From Chlorokybus atmophyticus (taxonomy: Eukaryota > Plantae > Mesostigma and Chlorokybus algae), in assembly GCA_009103225.1 (NCBI GenBank), contig RHPI01003330.1, positions 318,472 to 382,471 on the forward strand: 64,000 nt of DNA, read 5' to 3'. The position numbers were made by a program, and so were the translations under genes. The notes beneath the pieces were generated by a model. That model was not told where the DNA came from and searched no databases. It saw nothing but the letters and a program-made list of their open reading frames with translations. Positions 12,050 to 25,065 of the stretch are shown piece by piece; within the stretch, counting starts at the first letter, position 1; each line of letters opens with the position of its first letter.

Positions 12050-14434
12050 TTACATGACCCTACACCCCGAGCTTTTCTTCTTCCCACTGCCGATCCTTTC
12101 ATTGTACTGCTTCACGATGGCATTCAACCCTTCCGCCGACGACCCCGATCTCCCTCTACTCCCTTTACCAGAACTCCCTTCCTCAGAGAAAGATCCCGTG
12201 CACGAGCCCGTGAAGGAGTTGCCTCTGGTCAGCGCTGTACGCAGCTTCGATCCGCCTGAGGACGCGGGCATCAGGCGTTTTGATGTGCGGGAAGAGGGGA
12301 GGTCCACGGACTCGAGGCGACGGATGATGTCCTGGAAGGAAGGACGGGAGGAGGGGTCGTCACACCAACAGTCTTGGATGACCCTGTTGTTGGGAGACAG
12401 AGGTGAGGTTAGTGCAGTTGAAGTCGGTCAATCTGAACAGATTCCGCTTTGGGTGTGTAGCAGCTGAAGCTGAGATACACCGTATGGCAAGTCTTTCGAT
12501 GTGATAGTTCTCAAGTCCTAGCATGCATGTGGTTGTGAATATCTGCGCTTTTGGCATTAGGAAGCAGGCCCAGTTGAGTAGAATATATGCCTGCATGCAG
12601 ACCAGTGTAACTACACGCAGCAGGATTTGCGTGCACGTACTCTGCAACGCCTGCTGGGTACAAAGCGCGCGTGCAGTAAGGCAACTGCTGCACAAAAAGG
12701 GAGTCTGCATCCGAGGCAGCCGTCTTTGTGCTGTGCGTCTTTGCACCCTCAAACATCTGGATCACAATAAGCGCTCAGTAACCACACACGCTTCCAGACA
12801 CAGAACACAGGGTATGCATCACAAAGGTTGAATTGTCAACACCTCAAAGAGAACCATGCCAAAAGCATAGACATCTACTTTCAGGTCGTACGGTCTCTCA
12901 CTCAGAATCTCAGGTGCCAAAAACCGGTCTGGACACAAGGCAACAACAACTAGTTAGTAGCACTACGTGATACAACACTATCCGATGGCAACAGTGTTCA
13001 GATGCATGAGCTGAATAGAGAGACCAGAAAAGAAAATGTTGAAAGGCCAGGTTACGCACATGCGCCCTCATGCAAGGCCAGGTTCACCCGCTCCACGATT
13101 CGGGTGCCTGGCCGCTGAAACCTCGCGTGACCAAAATCACCAATCTTCGCTGCACCCGCGGAGTTCACGAGTATGTTTCTGCAGGGAAGACTCATCGTCA
13201 TAAGCAACAATTCCCCATGTGCTGTCAGACAAACTTGAAACCGACTTGTTGCTTACGCTGGGTTCAGTGCACCGATGATGATGCCCTCCGGTTTGCGCAA
13301 GTGCAGGTAGTTCAGAGCCCTGTTGAGGATCCAATTAGTAACTTGCATGCCACCCACACATGTGCGCGTGCACGCAAGTACACACGCACATGTGTACAAG
13401 CATGCATGCAGGCTTTGACACTGGCACACCCGCACACACTGACACCCGCACACATGCGCATGCGCGCCCGCACGCACATGTGTACAAGCATGCAGGCTTC
13501 AACACTGGTGTCATAGCTCTCTTTGCCGGCATGCAAGAAGGAAGCGCTGATGATGTGACAAGTAAGCAAGCGCTATTGCTTACTTTGCAAGGCTGAGTGC
13601 GTATGCCACAGCCAGTGGCCCAGGCAACCTTCCGCCCTCCGCCGCCATACGGTCATACAATGTGTCCTGAGAGGAAAGGGAAGCACTTGTCAACATCATG
13701 TTTCGTCATAGTGGCAGCGAACAACCAGCAAGCCCACCTGCTGCATGTACTCGCGGAGGATCATAAACGGCGGGTGCTTGGTGACCGCGCCGAGGAACTG
13801 CACAATGTGCGGGTGCTGCACCTTCATGAACACCTTCACCTCAACTCTGAACGCTCGCCTGCATGAAGTCACAGGGACAGTCAAGACAACATGCAAGCGC
13901 CACCAGTACTTGATTTGCAGCACTGCTCTGCTCAGTGCTCACAGCTGTTGAGGAGAGAGAGTCTCGGGTAGTCGCTTCACCACTGCAGGTGCGCCAAAAT
14001 AGTTCAGCTTTAGCAGTTCCGCCCCTGTGACTGGATCCTGCGAGAAAGAGAGGGTTCAGACACTCCACACGCTCTCGATGGAGGCAGAGGTTGAGGGTGA
14101 ACATAAGACCAACATGCGACAGGTTGTGTCCCCCTGATCTCCTCACTCCATGGTGGAGTGTGAGGAGATTGGGCTTGACGGGATGGATTGATGAGAGACC
14201 AAGGCTTAGTCACTCCATTCATCCCATCAATCCACACATACACCCCACCTCCTCCCCCGCAACATCTACGCGACATGTTGGCATCCAGACCCGCACCTTC
14301 CGTATGACTTGTGCGTCCCTGAGGTCCAGGTCGGATGGGTCCACCTCCCAGCGCTCGTCCGTGTCGGTGTCATGTGGGAACAGCCCGGTGCTGGTGCTCT
14401 CCTCCTCTTCGTAGGCTTCTGGTCTCACCACCAC
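12050..14434 (-). CDS. TKL/Raf-like kinase-fold protein, probable pseudokinase, C-terminal CaaX; N-terminal exons (up to about 15.7 kb) not resolved
   Basis: Spliced exons: RWEVDPSDLDL; PAVVKRL; EVKVFMKVQHPHIVQFLGAVTKHPPFMILREYM; ALNYLH..IIIGALNPA-NILV..KIGDFG; FLAPEIL..YDLKVDVYAFGMVLFE; IQDCWCDDPSSRPSFQDIIRRLE; ends KKKSSGCRVM*. Confidence 0.85.
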
Positions 14435-17400
14435 CTGAGGAGACACACCGAATGCTTGATCTCTTGCATGACAATGCACACACAGGAGAGAGAGAGAGAG
14501 AGAGAGGCGGGGGGTGCGGAACGAACCAGAAGTGTTGGCGGGGGTGGATATGGCAGCTGCGGGCTGGTAGTTGTGTAGTTGTACAAAAGGGGTGTGCTAC
14601 TATGCCGGCATGCATCGTGTGCTGTGACATGCAAGCGACATGCATTACATTCATGGGTGAACACATTCTATTCACCACCGGGCTAGTACTTTCAATGCTA
14701 TGCCAACTCTAGCCTGCCCCGTTAGCCATGCAGTCAGCATGCAGAATTGTATTCACCTGCACCACGGCTGCAGTTAGCGGCCAGCCTCCACAACAGTGAC
14801 GACGACAGCAGCAGACTGTAGGACTCCCCCCGCCCTCCTCTCCCATGTCGCCGCCCTCCTCTCCGCCCGTCATAGTACAGCGCTGCCGATTGCGCAACCA
14901 GGGTTGGGTTCCCCGCAGCATGCATGCATGACATCAGCACGCATGCACGTCGCTTTTGCAGCGGTGGTAGTCTGCGTCGTGTGTAGTCCTCGTAGTTGAC
15001 ACGGGCAGACTTCACTGCTCCCCATGTACTTGCACGTATGGATTTGCCTAGCGTCGTGTGGTCTTCGCTGTCTGTCATCTTCAGCACTGCCCTGCATGAC
15101 CAAACAGGGCGGGCACCAACCATTAACTAGGCTGCCTACGCATGCAAGGTGCTCCCGGTCAAGCACCCCTACCACTATGACAATTACACACTCCNGGGGG
15201 GGGGGGGCACAAACACACACAAGTACATACCGGATACACCTTGTCGGTGTCCAGGCCGTGTGGACTGCCCATGGTGCTGAGGCCTGACGTCGGATCCATA
15301 TGCCATGCGAAGAGCTGCGACGGAGCTGCCTGTTGATGGCCAGCGCTGGACCAAACTGCAGCTGGCATGCCAACTACACCAACTTAAGGTTGCTACCTGC
15401 CAGGTGAGGGGGAAAATGGTTACATGCTTGCCATCACTGCTGCGGACATGCAAGCTAGCATCCTGGCATGCAAGGTGGCTGCATGCCAAGATCACACATA
15501 GCAGATTACATTCACACTCACCGCAGCGCCGCACTGGCCACGACCAGTCAGGCCGACAGCTGGCAAGAAGCCCAATCCTGATGCTTGCGAGTAATTGCGA
15601 GTAATTCTTGACGAACGCCCTCTCACAGTTGCACAACCCCACCAGCGCAGCCTTGCTTGTCTTATCCCAAGCACGACAGCAATGACGGCGACGCCGCTGC
15701 CTTCCGGAGCAATATTGACTAGCAGGCGGCAACAAGTCTAATGCGTTCCTCTGCGCGCATGTGCGCGTTTGTGCATGTCTCGCGTCCCAGCGACGGGAAA
15801 TAACGGCACGCTGGCCACCGACGGTTCGTCGCCGCCGTTATCGGCCGCTTTGCGACTGGCGAGAGGCACTTGAACGAACGGCGATGCTGTACCACAGCGC
15901 CGTTCCGTCGGGGCAAGTGGGCCGCGCCGTTGTTCAAAAAAGGGAGATTGAGAGGAGGGGTTGTCTCATGCGAGGCCGAAGGGACTTCCCGGCGATTTGG
16001 GACGACATGGCACGGTGGAGCTCGCTGCTGGTACGGAGAGCTGTTGCGGTTCTCAGCGATTGGAGCTTCGAGGTTCGGGAGTTTGAGTTGCTGCGATGAA
16101 AGCCCCTCCTCAAGCCTCTCCGCAACGAGGGGCGGGGGGTGGGGAGGGGGGCTGTTAGTAACATGCCACTCAACGGCATACCATCAAGGTATGCTTGCAA
16201 TCAAGGTATTCACTGCCTAAAGGCAAACCTGATCACGAGGCTGATTTGGAATAGGGCTGCAGTTCATAATACGAACTTACACTACATTGAATATATGTTA
16301 CTAGCATACACACGCATATAGCATACCCACACATTATGCACTTTTTAAATGTGCAATATAAAGCATGATACGTTGCTTTGTTGTACACAGCTAGCCAATG
16401 AGTGATATAAACGTGGATATAGTCAACGGTACAAATATACATAACAACAATTCATAAAACATGCCAACTGAATATATTACGTTCATCATAATGTCGTGTG
16501 TCACGATATATGGTGTCAATGTGTAATTTACACGACGCTGTGCCGTATTCTCATTATGTTTATTAACAAGTTTAAAGAATTTTAAGTGAGGTGTATCATG
16601 AAGCTGGTATGATGATAATACATTCAGTCTCAAAAGCATGAATTCTTTTACAGTGTAAATATGTTCATGCTATTCGTGATAACACTATGCCGTGTTCTTG
16701 TTATATTATTATAAATGACGGCATATATCAGGAACAACAGTGAGGATATAGTGCGAAGCTGATTGAATGATAATATAATTATTATCAAAAAGCAACATAC
16801 GAATGGGTTGTGTATGTATATATGTTCATATAATTATATAAACATCATATCAACGTTGTAATTACATGTATTGAAGCGCGACATGCTCAGGGCCCGCTTG
16901 CCACTCATATTAATCAATATCATGAAATGCGATGTTCTTGTTGATATGGCAAATTGTTTGATGGAGCTGAGCATGTTGTGAAGGGCATAATCATATCCAC
17001 ACATATACGCACTTCAGCATGCAAGTCCCATGTCAATGCTATTGAAGCTTGATGAAGGGTGCAGTCAAGTTGCCATTTGCGACCGGAGATGCTATGTGGA
17101 TGTTCCTATTAATGTTCACTACAACATCATTACTTAGTAACAACATTCAGCAACAACACGTGCGCCAACACTGCAGCCTTACCAAGGCTCTGGCGCCGTT
17201 TGTTCAGTGCCGATGTGTAAGGTCCAATCTACACTGCAAGAGTATCAAAGTTCATTATCCAACATATTGCTTGTACATATGTGCAAGCAACATGTTTGAG
17301 GACCGAGTTTAAACGCAGCGGAACGGGACAGCTAGCAGCAGGTAGCTTTTAATATACCACAGCTATTGTCAGTTGCAAGTTGCTGAGGCTTGCAAACTCT

Positions 17401-18033
17401 TTGTAAGAATTGCACCAATTATCGATGTATAAACAAGCTGGTTTTGGCTGATAGAATTGATCAGCAAGTTACCTAAGTTGCAATAAAACAGTAATAAATA
17501 CAATACAATTATTAGCCTTGTGCTAAGCTGCCTACACAATCAAAAAGTTGTAGTGCCATGCGTCTCTTGAACAACTATATGCGTGGCAAAAAAGGCAACC
17601 TGCCATTTTCAAGAAGGTGGGCCCACTCGGGCCACGCGCACAGTTATACATTTGTATCACCATATACGTATGCCATAATATATGTAAACATACATATATG
17701 TATGGGGCTATGTTAAGACCGTCTCAAAGTTCATGTCTTGAAGTTAAACTTTTACCAAATCTTAAATAGAGAAAAGTTGACATTTATCTTATATTGTACA
17801 TCAATAAATGCAAAATTGCAACGTTGTTAACTATTGCTATAAACAAGAGTAGTTACAAACATTGTTTAGCGCTCAAGTGCTACATGATGGTGGAAATGTT
17901 ATTGAACAATTGTACTGAAGCAAACTAGAGACAACGCAATGTTGTTGTAACAAACAAGTTGTTTTATGGTAATAAACAACGTGGCCGTATAGTTTGTTGT
18001 TTACAAAATACTATCTGCACATCATGTGTAGAC

Positions 18034-18074
18034 AGTACACTTCGAAGACAAAACTTTGGTCTTCGAAGTGTACT
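18034..18074. repeat. Perfect 16-bp inverted repeat hairpin in an AT-rich intergenic island
   Basis: agtacacttcgaagac (18034-18049) / gtcttcgaagtgtact (18059-18074), 9-nt spacer. Confidence 0.9.
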
Positions 18075-19390
18075 TATATGTCCTCAACTGGCTCAGCCAG
18101 CTGGGGACATTTGAGGTTGCACATGAGGGCTATTGCAAGAGTAAAGGTTGGGACTTGCAAAACGGTAAGGTGAAAACTCTGACACTGATATGTAGATTAT
18201 AATTCCGATATCCATAAATACTAATGCCATGCGTATCTTGCCGCCCCGCGTATTTTCCCTTGTAAAACTGCCTACAAACAATGCATGCTGCAGGGACAAT
18301 TATCTGTGCACTATCTGTTCGATTCTTTGTCTTCATGCGTACAAATCGCACACATTATCGAACCACTACCGTATATGAAGTCATCACATACCTTTGCTCT
18401 TTTGTGCAAAATAACACCTTTCAACAAGAATACAGTCACTCGTAATTATGCTTGCAATGCACATTGCGTAAGGCATATATAATGTCATAAAGGGATATGC
18501 TGGTGTTCGGGAACGCAACTCATAACTGAAAGAGCAAACAGAAGCAAAACATGCAAACAATGTTTTATTTACAAACATGCTTGCACATATATGATTGCTA
18601 TGCCACACCATGCATGTGTACAATATGATAGTGCATGCAAGATGTATAACAGATTATAGAGCTGCGCGGAGCACGCTCTGAAATTGGTGTGCACCTAGTG
18701 CTATCATACTTCCCACATGTTAGCAAGCATTGCAATTAACACAGTAGCAACAGGCACAGCAGCACCGAGTTAAGCAGGGGTTAAGACAAAGCTTTACAAC
18801 AACAATAACCCCTTGCCCAAAACATGACCTATTATTGGATTGGAGGCAGCATGCAGGGATAAGCGGGTAAGGCAGCAAGGAACAACCTACAGAGCGCAGG
18901 CGATACATGTCTTGAAAACTGTTGCACAACACTATGCTAAAACTATTTGCTGCATTACTATTGTTTGTTTCAACAAGGGCTTAGCGCAGCACTCTGCGTG
19001 CCATTGCACGAAAAACCCAACACATGAGCGCAAGTGACATATTGATGTTGGAATTGGTTGGTTACACACAAGCGTTGACAGTGCGAACTAATGCACAGCT
19101 CTACTGAGAGGTGATGATTGCTGTATGCTTGACTAATGGGGTGTCGGTGGTAAGGTTCGAATATTAGTTAGTGAGGTAGCCAACTTGAGCCCTGTGGTCT
19201 ATGCTATAATAGTGTGTTGATTGCTGATGGTTGGTGCATGCTGATGTTGGTGGCGATCATAGCGTAGACTAAGCATGCGCATTTATCCTGCGCATTGACT
19301 GTACACAGCACAGCAAGGACAGTCTGTGCAGACCACAACGTTCACACCACCAGCACATCATCCATGCAGGCCAAGCCAACAACGCTGCGC

Positions 19391-22300
19391 TTATTTCTTC
19401 ACTGGTTCGTCCAGGTCAATGTAGTCTGGGTTTTTCCTCAGAATGACAAACCCTTCCAACACAGGCGTCAAAGGCTTGTACTTGTCGGTCGTCAGCTCTG
19501 CACGCTCTCCTGCACCGAGCAGCACGGGCGTTGTGTGCGTCTGGAAGCCGGACACAGTCTTCGGCCTGCCGGCTTGGCCAACAACATCAACCGCCTGTCC
19601 AACACGCACGGACACTGGCAAGGGCTTCAAGTCTTCGTCCAGTGTCATCAGCATGCGCGGCTGCAGAAGTCAAAGTCAGCCAATAAATGAGGCCAAACCA
19701 CAGCGCAGTGTGCATCAATACCAGCGGCATGCGGCATCAACACTGACCTGCATAGCAGTCGTCAAGAAGTACAAGATGTAGTGGTATTTCCCCAGGATGG
19801 TGGTCTTCATGTCAAAGCACGCGTGCAGTACCACCAGCAGGCCGGCAAGCGCTGTTGGCGAGAGCAGCGAGCGGTCATGATGGTACGGATTCAAAGTCAG
19901 TAGGCCCTTGCCCAAGTGAACTAGTCCTTGAGCCAGTCGTACAAGGAAGAGCATGTTGGCGTCCTTGTAGTAGTAACTGGAGAGGTTCCTCAGAATGCCT
20001 GCTACCCTGGCATTATTGGTCCCTGCGCATACGAGCCCCAAGCCCAGGATGGCTGCCTGGCTGACTTCGCTGTCACTGTCGTGACTTAGCCGGCTCAAAG
20101 TGTCCATAATGGACAGCTGCAAGGCAATACGAAGAGTTAGAGCTGCAAGCATGACCATGTGGCAACTATAAACTAACAGTCTTAGAGCACAAGCCTCGGG
20201 ACAGTTGCTAAATGAGACCAAGAATATAACAGGACGCGACCGAACCTGTGGATTTGATATGGACAGGAGTGCAAGCCCAAGGGGCACTGCCTTGCGAATG
20301 CTGGGGTCACCATACTGTAGCAAATGCTCCAAGCTGCGCACGGCCATGGCCTGACCCAACTCTTCTGCCATACCAACAATCGCGATGCCTAGCAACGCAG
20401 GAGCCTGGGAACAAAACGCATGAGTGAGTGAGTGCCGTTGCAGGTACATCGATGACAAGAGCCGTGAGAGAGCGTGGGAACAACACACATAATGCGCACA
20501 GGCAAGCCAGCACACCTGATGACTGCTGTCCCCCTCCAAGTGATCACCGCATATTCCCAGCAGCTTCTGCACCTTCAACACGTTCCCTGAGTTGGCATAC
20601 GCGCAGGTTTCTAGCACGATCTGGCAGTGCTTGGAGATGCAGTCGTGAAGGGTCTTCGCAACTTCCACTGTGGCGTCCGCAGCATCCTGCTTGCCAAGGA
20701 ACAGCAATCCCAACCCCAAGCACAGCAGCTTGGCAAAGGGATCCTGCAGCTCGGTTTCGCTTCGTTCCATCAGGGCCTGCACTACCGACTGCGCGGCTTC
20801 CTGGTGGCATGTTCCGGAGAACACAAGTCCCATGGCAACAGCAGCGAACGCGGCAACATCCATTGTGACCTTTGAATCAGTCACAACAGGACTCAGCAAC
20901 TCAAACACCTGAGACACGAAGTGGGTTGCATGTCAGTTAGCAAGTTTGTCCAAAGCTGCTTGCAATAAAACAAAGAGATAATTGCCACGGGACACACCTC
21001 TTCCTTCTGCGTTCCGGCGTACGCAAGACCCAAGCCCATAATGGCGCCGATGCGGATGCTAGGACTTTCTTTATTTACAGAGTCATACAGCAAGGCGTAA
21101 GCAGGATCACACTCGTTGCGAACGCCGCAGTTGACAACACCTACAGCTAACAGAGCACCCGCGACCACGTGTTGGTCGTTGCTGTACAAGTATTTATCAA
21201 TCTGGGGAAGCCCTCCCTCAACATCCCACATCGCGATGGAGCCCTGGGAGAGACAAACCGTCACAACATGGCCGCAACCAAGCAATGCATGTATGTTACA
21301 CAAATTTATACCAAGCTGGCTGCTGCGCTGATCTTCCCATGCTCTTTGTTCTTGAACAGCCAGCTGCCACTGGCACCGCCCTCCGCGGTTGTGGTCATCA
21401 GCTTGTCTGTGCCAAAGCCAGCGTTGACAAAGGCATTGACAAACGTCGCAGCAAGGTTCTGCCTGGCTGAGTCCACTGTAGGGGCGGCGCTGCGCGAGTC
21501 AATCAAGTGCGTCTGCAGTATGCGACTGTGTTAGCTCTAGAGTTATGCGACACAATGACAAACAAAGAAAGGTCAAAGCGGGACCTTGTAAATGTCCTCA
21601 GGAGTCTTAGGCTCCATTACATCCAAGTCACGGGCCAGCGTCAGATACCCTTCACTTAGCCTGTTGTTGCGCAGAATGTCCATAAGTGTTTCGCGGTCAT
21701 CAGGGGAACAGAGCGTGTCATCTTCTTCCAGGTCCAGCAACACACCCTGCACAACATAGACTGTTAGCTGTGGAAGCAAGCTTGGATCGTGGAGCAGCCG
21801 CAGAAGTATGCCCTGGCATCACCTGCGACGCCAAAATGTAGGCTAGTTGTTTCTTCTCGGAACTGTCCGAGCAAGCCTTGAACGTCTCAACCATTGCCTC
21901 CACGTTGTTCATACGCAGGGCAACACCCATTGCGTCTGTATACTTTTTGACTTGCATGAAGATGTCATATGTAGCCTTGTAAACCATCTTGTCATCAGGA
22001 TCCGGCACGTAGCTGCAATGAAACCGAGGTTAAATGCGGCTTGTTGTAATTGTTGACTTGTTCCATGACAGGAGCAGCAGGCTTGTACCTAGCGCAGCCA
22101 AGCAAGTACAAGCAGGTTCTCTTGTAGTTGGTCTCATCCATATGTTCAAGCAGCAGCGGCACGCTCTCGACCTGCACACAAAACAATCAGCAATCCGGAT
22201 GCACCTTCGACGAGAACGCATTCATTGCCTGAACACAAATGCAAATCCACCTCTAACAGCAAGTCCACAGCCTCTGGCTCTGCGTTGTGCTGCAGACACA

Positions 22301-24576
22301 ACAAGGGTCATAAGAGAATATCTCCACCTTAGCAGATCTACTGTTCCATACAAAGATGTGGTGACAACAGACAGGCAATTGGTTACCAATTTACCTTGAA
22401 ATGGAAGGGGACAATTTGCCGAACCAAAGCCATCAGGTCATCAACGGACTGGCCTTCTGCCTGTTGCAGTATTCAGCTCAGAATACGAGAATAAACTGAA
22501 GTTGTCACATGTGATAGCAAGCTCACACGCACAGCCTCGACATTGCCGTTCATTCATACCTGACGCCTCCCGTACTCTTGTCCGATCTCTCCCGCAATAT
22601 TCCTGACAGATCATGTCGATATCAGCTAGAAGCCCTGAATGTATGCATATACCCTCCCCCCNNNNNNNNNNNNNNNNNNNNNNNNNNNNNNNNNNNNNNN
22701 NNNNNNNNNNNNNNNNNNNNNNNNNNNNNNNNNNNNNNNNNNNNNNNNNNNNNNNNNNNNNNNNNNNNNNNNNNNNNNNNNNNNNNNNNNNNNNNNNNNN
22801 NNNNNNNNNNNNNNNNNNNNNNNNNNNNNNNNNNNNNNNNNNNNNNNNNNNNNNNNNNNNNNNNNNNNNNNNNNNNNNNNNNNNNNNACCACCACCACCA
22901 CCACCGCCAGGGCACATCCCTTGGCAGCGACAACTCACAGCTTCCACCATATGTTGTACAGCTCAACCCAACATGCTCTACAGCAAGTACAGCATGCTGC
23001 ATGTATACCAGTCACAGCACTGCTACCAGTGTGGTCAGGCTAAGAGTGACAGACTGAGAAGTAGCCAAGTCACCTGACATATTCGTGTCCCCATGACACC
23101 ATGTCACCTTCTGAGCCTTGCAACCTGAACTTCAAACTCTCCTGCAAGCAGATGGTAGTAAATACCTCTGCGGACCCTGCGCCTGCTACCTGGCATCTGC
23201 CAAGCCTTACCAATGAAGAGTCATCTGCCATGGTCATCGCCAAAACAGACAAGACGTCCGCTAGGAAAACCTGCCAGCAGTCAACTCGTTTAGAATAAAT
23301 AATTGCTGATACGACGTGCACACAAGCATTGCGTGTCACACAACATGCCTTGTTATTTCCTGGTGGCATTCCCTCGTAGAAGGTTTTGAGTGTGCTGTAG
23401 TGAGGACGCAGAAACTTCAGCGGCTTGGGCACAGATGTCATGGAGCTGGTTGCAGTACGAATCTCTTGTCTACACAGAGCAAGGGATAATGTCAACTGGA
23501 AGCCTTGCATTTCACATGAACACAGCGGAAACAAGGCAGCTGCCACAAAACCTGATGCCTTCCAGCGCCACTTTTTGGACTCCAGCGTCTGCGTCTTGTA
23601 CCCTTTCCACCATGAGGTCAAGTGCGGTTTTCAACTGCAAGTCCTCCTCTGACTGTGACACAATGACAAGCTTAAGTATCCGCATTGCATATGTATGCAT
23701 CTGGGTGCATGTGACAAAACCACCACTGTCTCAACCACTGACCCAAAGCACAGCGCATCAAGCGCAAACTTGTTGTGGTGTGACAGTCAGCCACACAGTG
23801 TGCAAACACATCACAGCACATCTCTGCATGACTTGCTGACTCAAACTCTCCGCTGAGCACCCGATAACTCACGTCATCTGTAGACGTGCATAGATGCAGT
23901 GTCATGTGCACATTCAACAATTTCAATTACGCCACATGGCCTGCAACGACATACAGACTTTAAAGAAGGTGACTGAGGAAAGGGTTCTCCTATATGCATG
24001 TGCATGTACAAGAATAACGGACAAGACTACGCCACGCCAACGTGCCACCAATAACTACACTAATATGTGCTATGACCAGGAACCTTCACAAACCAAAGCT
24101 TTGATTGTGCGCAGCAACATGCGCGTAGCAGCAAACTTCAATCAGTTAGGTTTCAGTTTTGGTGAGCAAACATAAACACTGGTTGTCACACTTACGGGGA
24201 TGAAGCATACAGCCGATAGACGACACAAGTACAGCACTGAGAGCTGAAGCCTGCTTGCAAAAGCAATTAGGCAGTTGTTTCCACCTCTGATTATGAACGT
24301 GCATGTTGCCCAATTGCAGCAGCAAAGCTGTGTGATTACTGTTGTGTCATCCATGGGAGATCAATCACAGCACATGTAGGACACACCACGCACCAGTGAC
24401 CTACTACGAGAGGTTACAATACTCACCAGCTCCTCCTCCTTCTTCTCCTTCTTTCCCCCTTTCTTAGCAACAGCGCCTTCCGCAGGCTGCTGCTTGTCCC
24501 CATCCTGCTTGCTCGGGCCATCCACGTCCATATGCTCCGCAGAGCCGTTGGCGGCTGGCTTGTCGTCCGCAGCCAT
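19391..24576 (-). CDS. RPN1: 26S proteasome regulatory subunit Rpn1 (PSMD2)
   Basis: [125 protein letters not shown]. An N gap lies inside an intron. One GC-AG intron at 23271-23348. Confidence 0.97.
22662..22887. other. Assembly gap (N run) inside an RPN1 intron
   Basis: N run preceded by a C-run and followed by (ACC)n. Confidence 0.99.
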
Positions 24577-24699
24577 GACTAAACCTCCTACTCTGCACCC
24601 TCAACGAGCAATGACACCTGTACAAGGCTGCCACCGCGACCAGCACCGCCGCCGCCGCCCGCAACTGGCCTGCCTGCCTGCACTAACCAACGCTTTGGC

Positions 24700-24708
24700 T
24701 TAGGGTTT
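24700..24708 (-). promoter_or_regulatory. Telo-box upstream of RPN1
   Basis: TTAGGGTTT about 125 bp upstream of the RPN1 ATG, reading AAACCCTAA on the gene strand. Confidence 0.5.
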
Positions 24709-25065
24709 GTTACACAGCAATCCGATATCAAGCAATTCTCGGCATAGTGCACAAAACCGTCGATATCGTTGCTCTTAGGATATGTCTCACCGATAACGTT
24801 GTTAGCAGTGATGTCGGCTACATGGTGGCAGACTGCCCTGGTGCTGACACGTGGCACGTCACTTCATCCCTCCCACAGCGTGTCCACAGGCTGGCGCATG
24901 CGGCGGCACTGCTTAAGCAACACAACACAGCAACGTTGCAGAAACTCAGCTGCAGATTCTGGTAAGCGCTGCAGGCTGCGGACATTGTTGTGATTGTTGT
25001 TGTTGTTGTTGTGTGCGTTGTGGTGGGTGACGTTCAGTCTGCTGCTGCTGGTATGGTTCAGGCCC

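Noticed and set aside
14700-16100. Candidate N-terminal exons of the kinase-fold gene, including a USP-like DKTSKAAL segment
   Set aside because: I could not build a consistent splice chain; left unresolved.
19125-19170. GGTTCGAAT tRNA/SINE B-box-like motif
   Set aside because: No cloverleaf, and the A-to-B box spacing is too short.
19715-20917. 400-aa uninterrupted ORF in RPN1
   Set aside because: It reads through two stop-free 3n introns (20117-20245, 20405-20515). This is plausible by chance among about 100 short introns.
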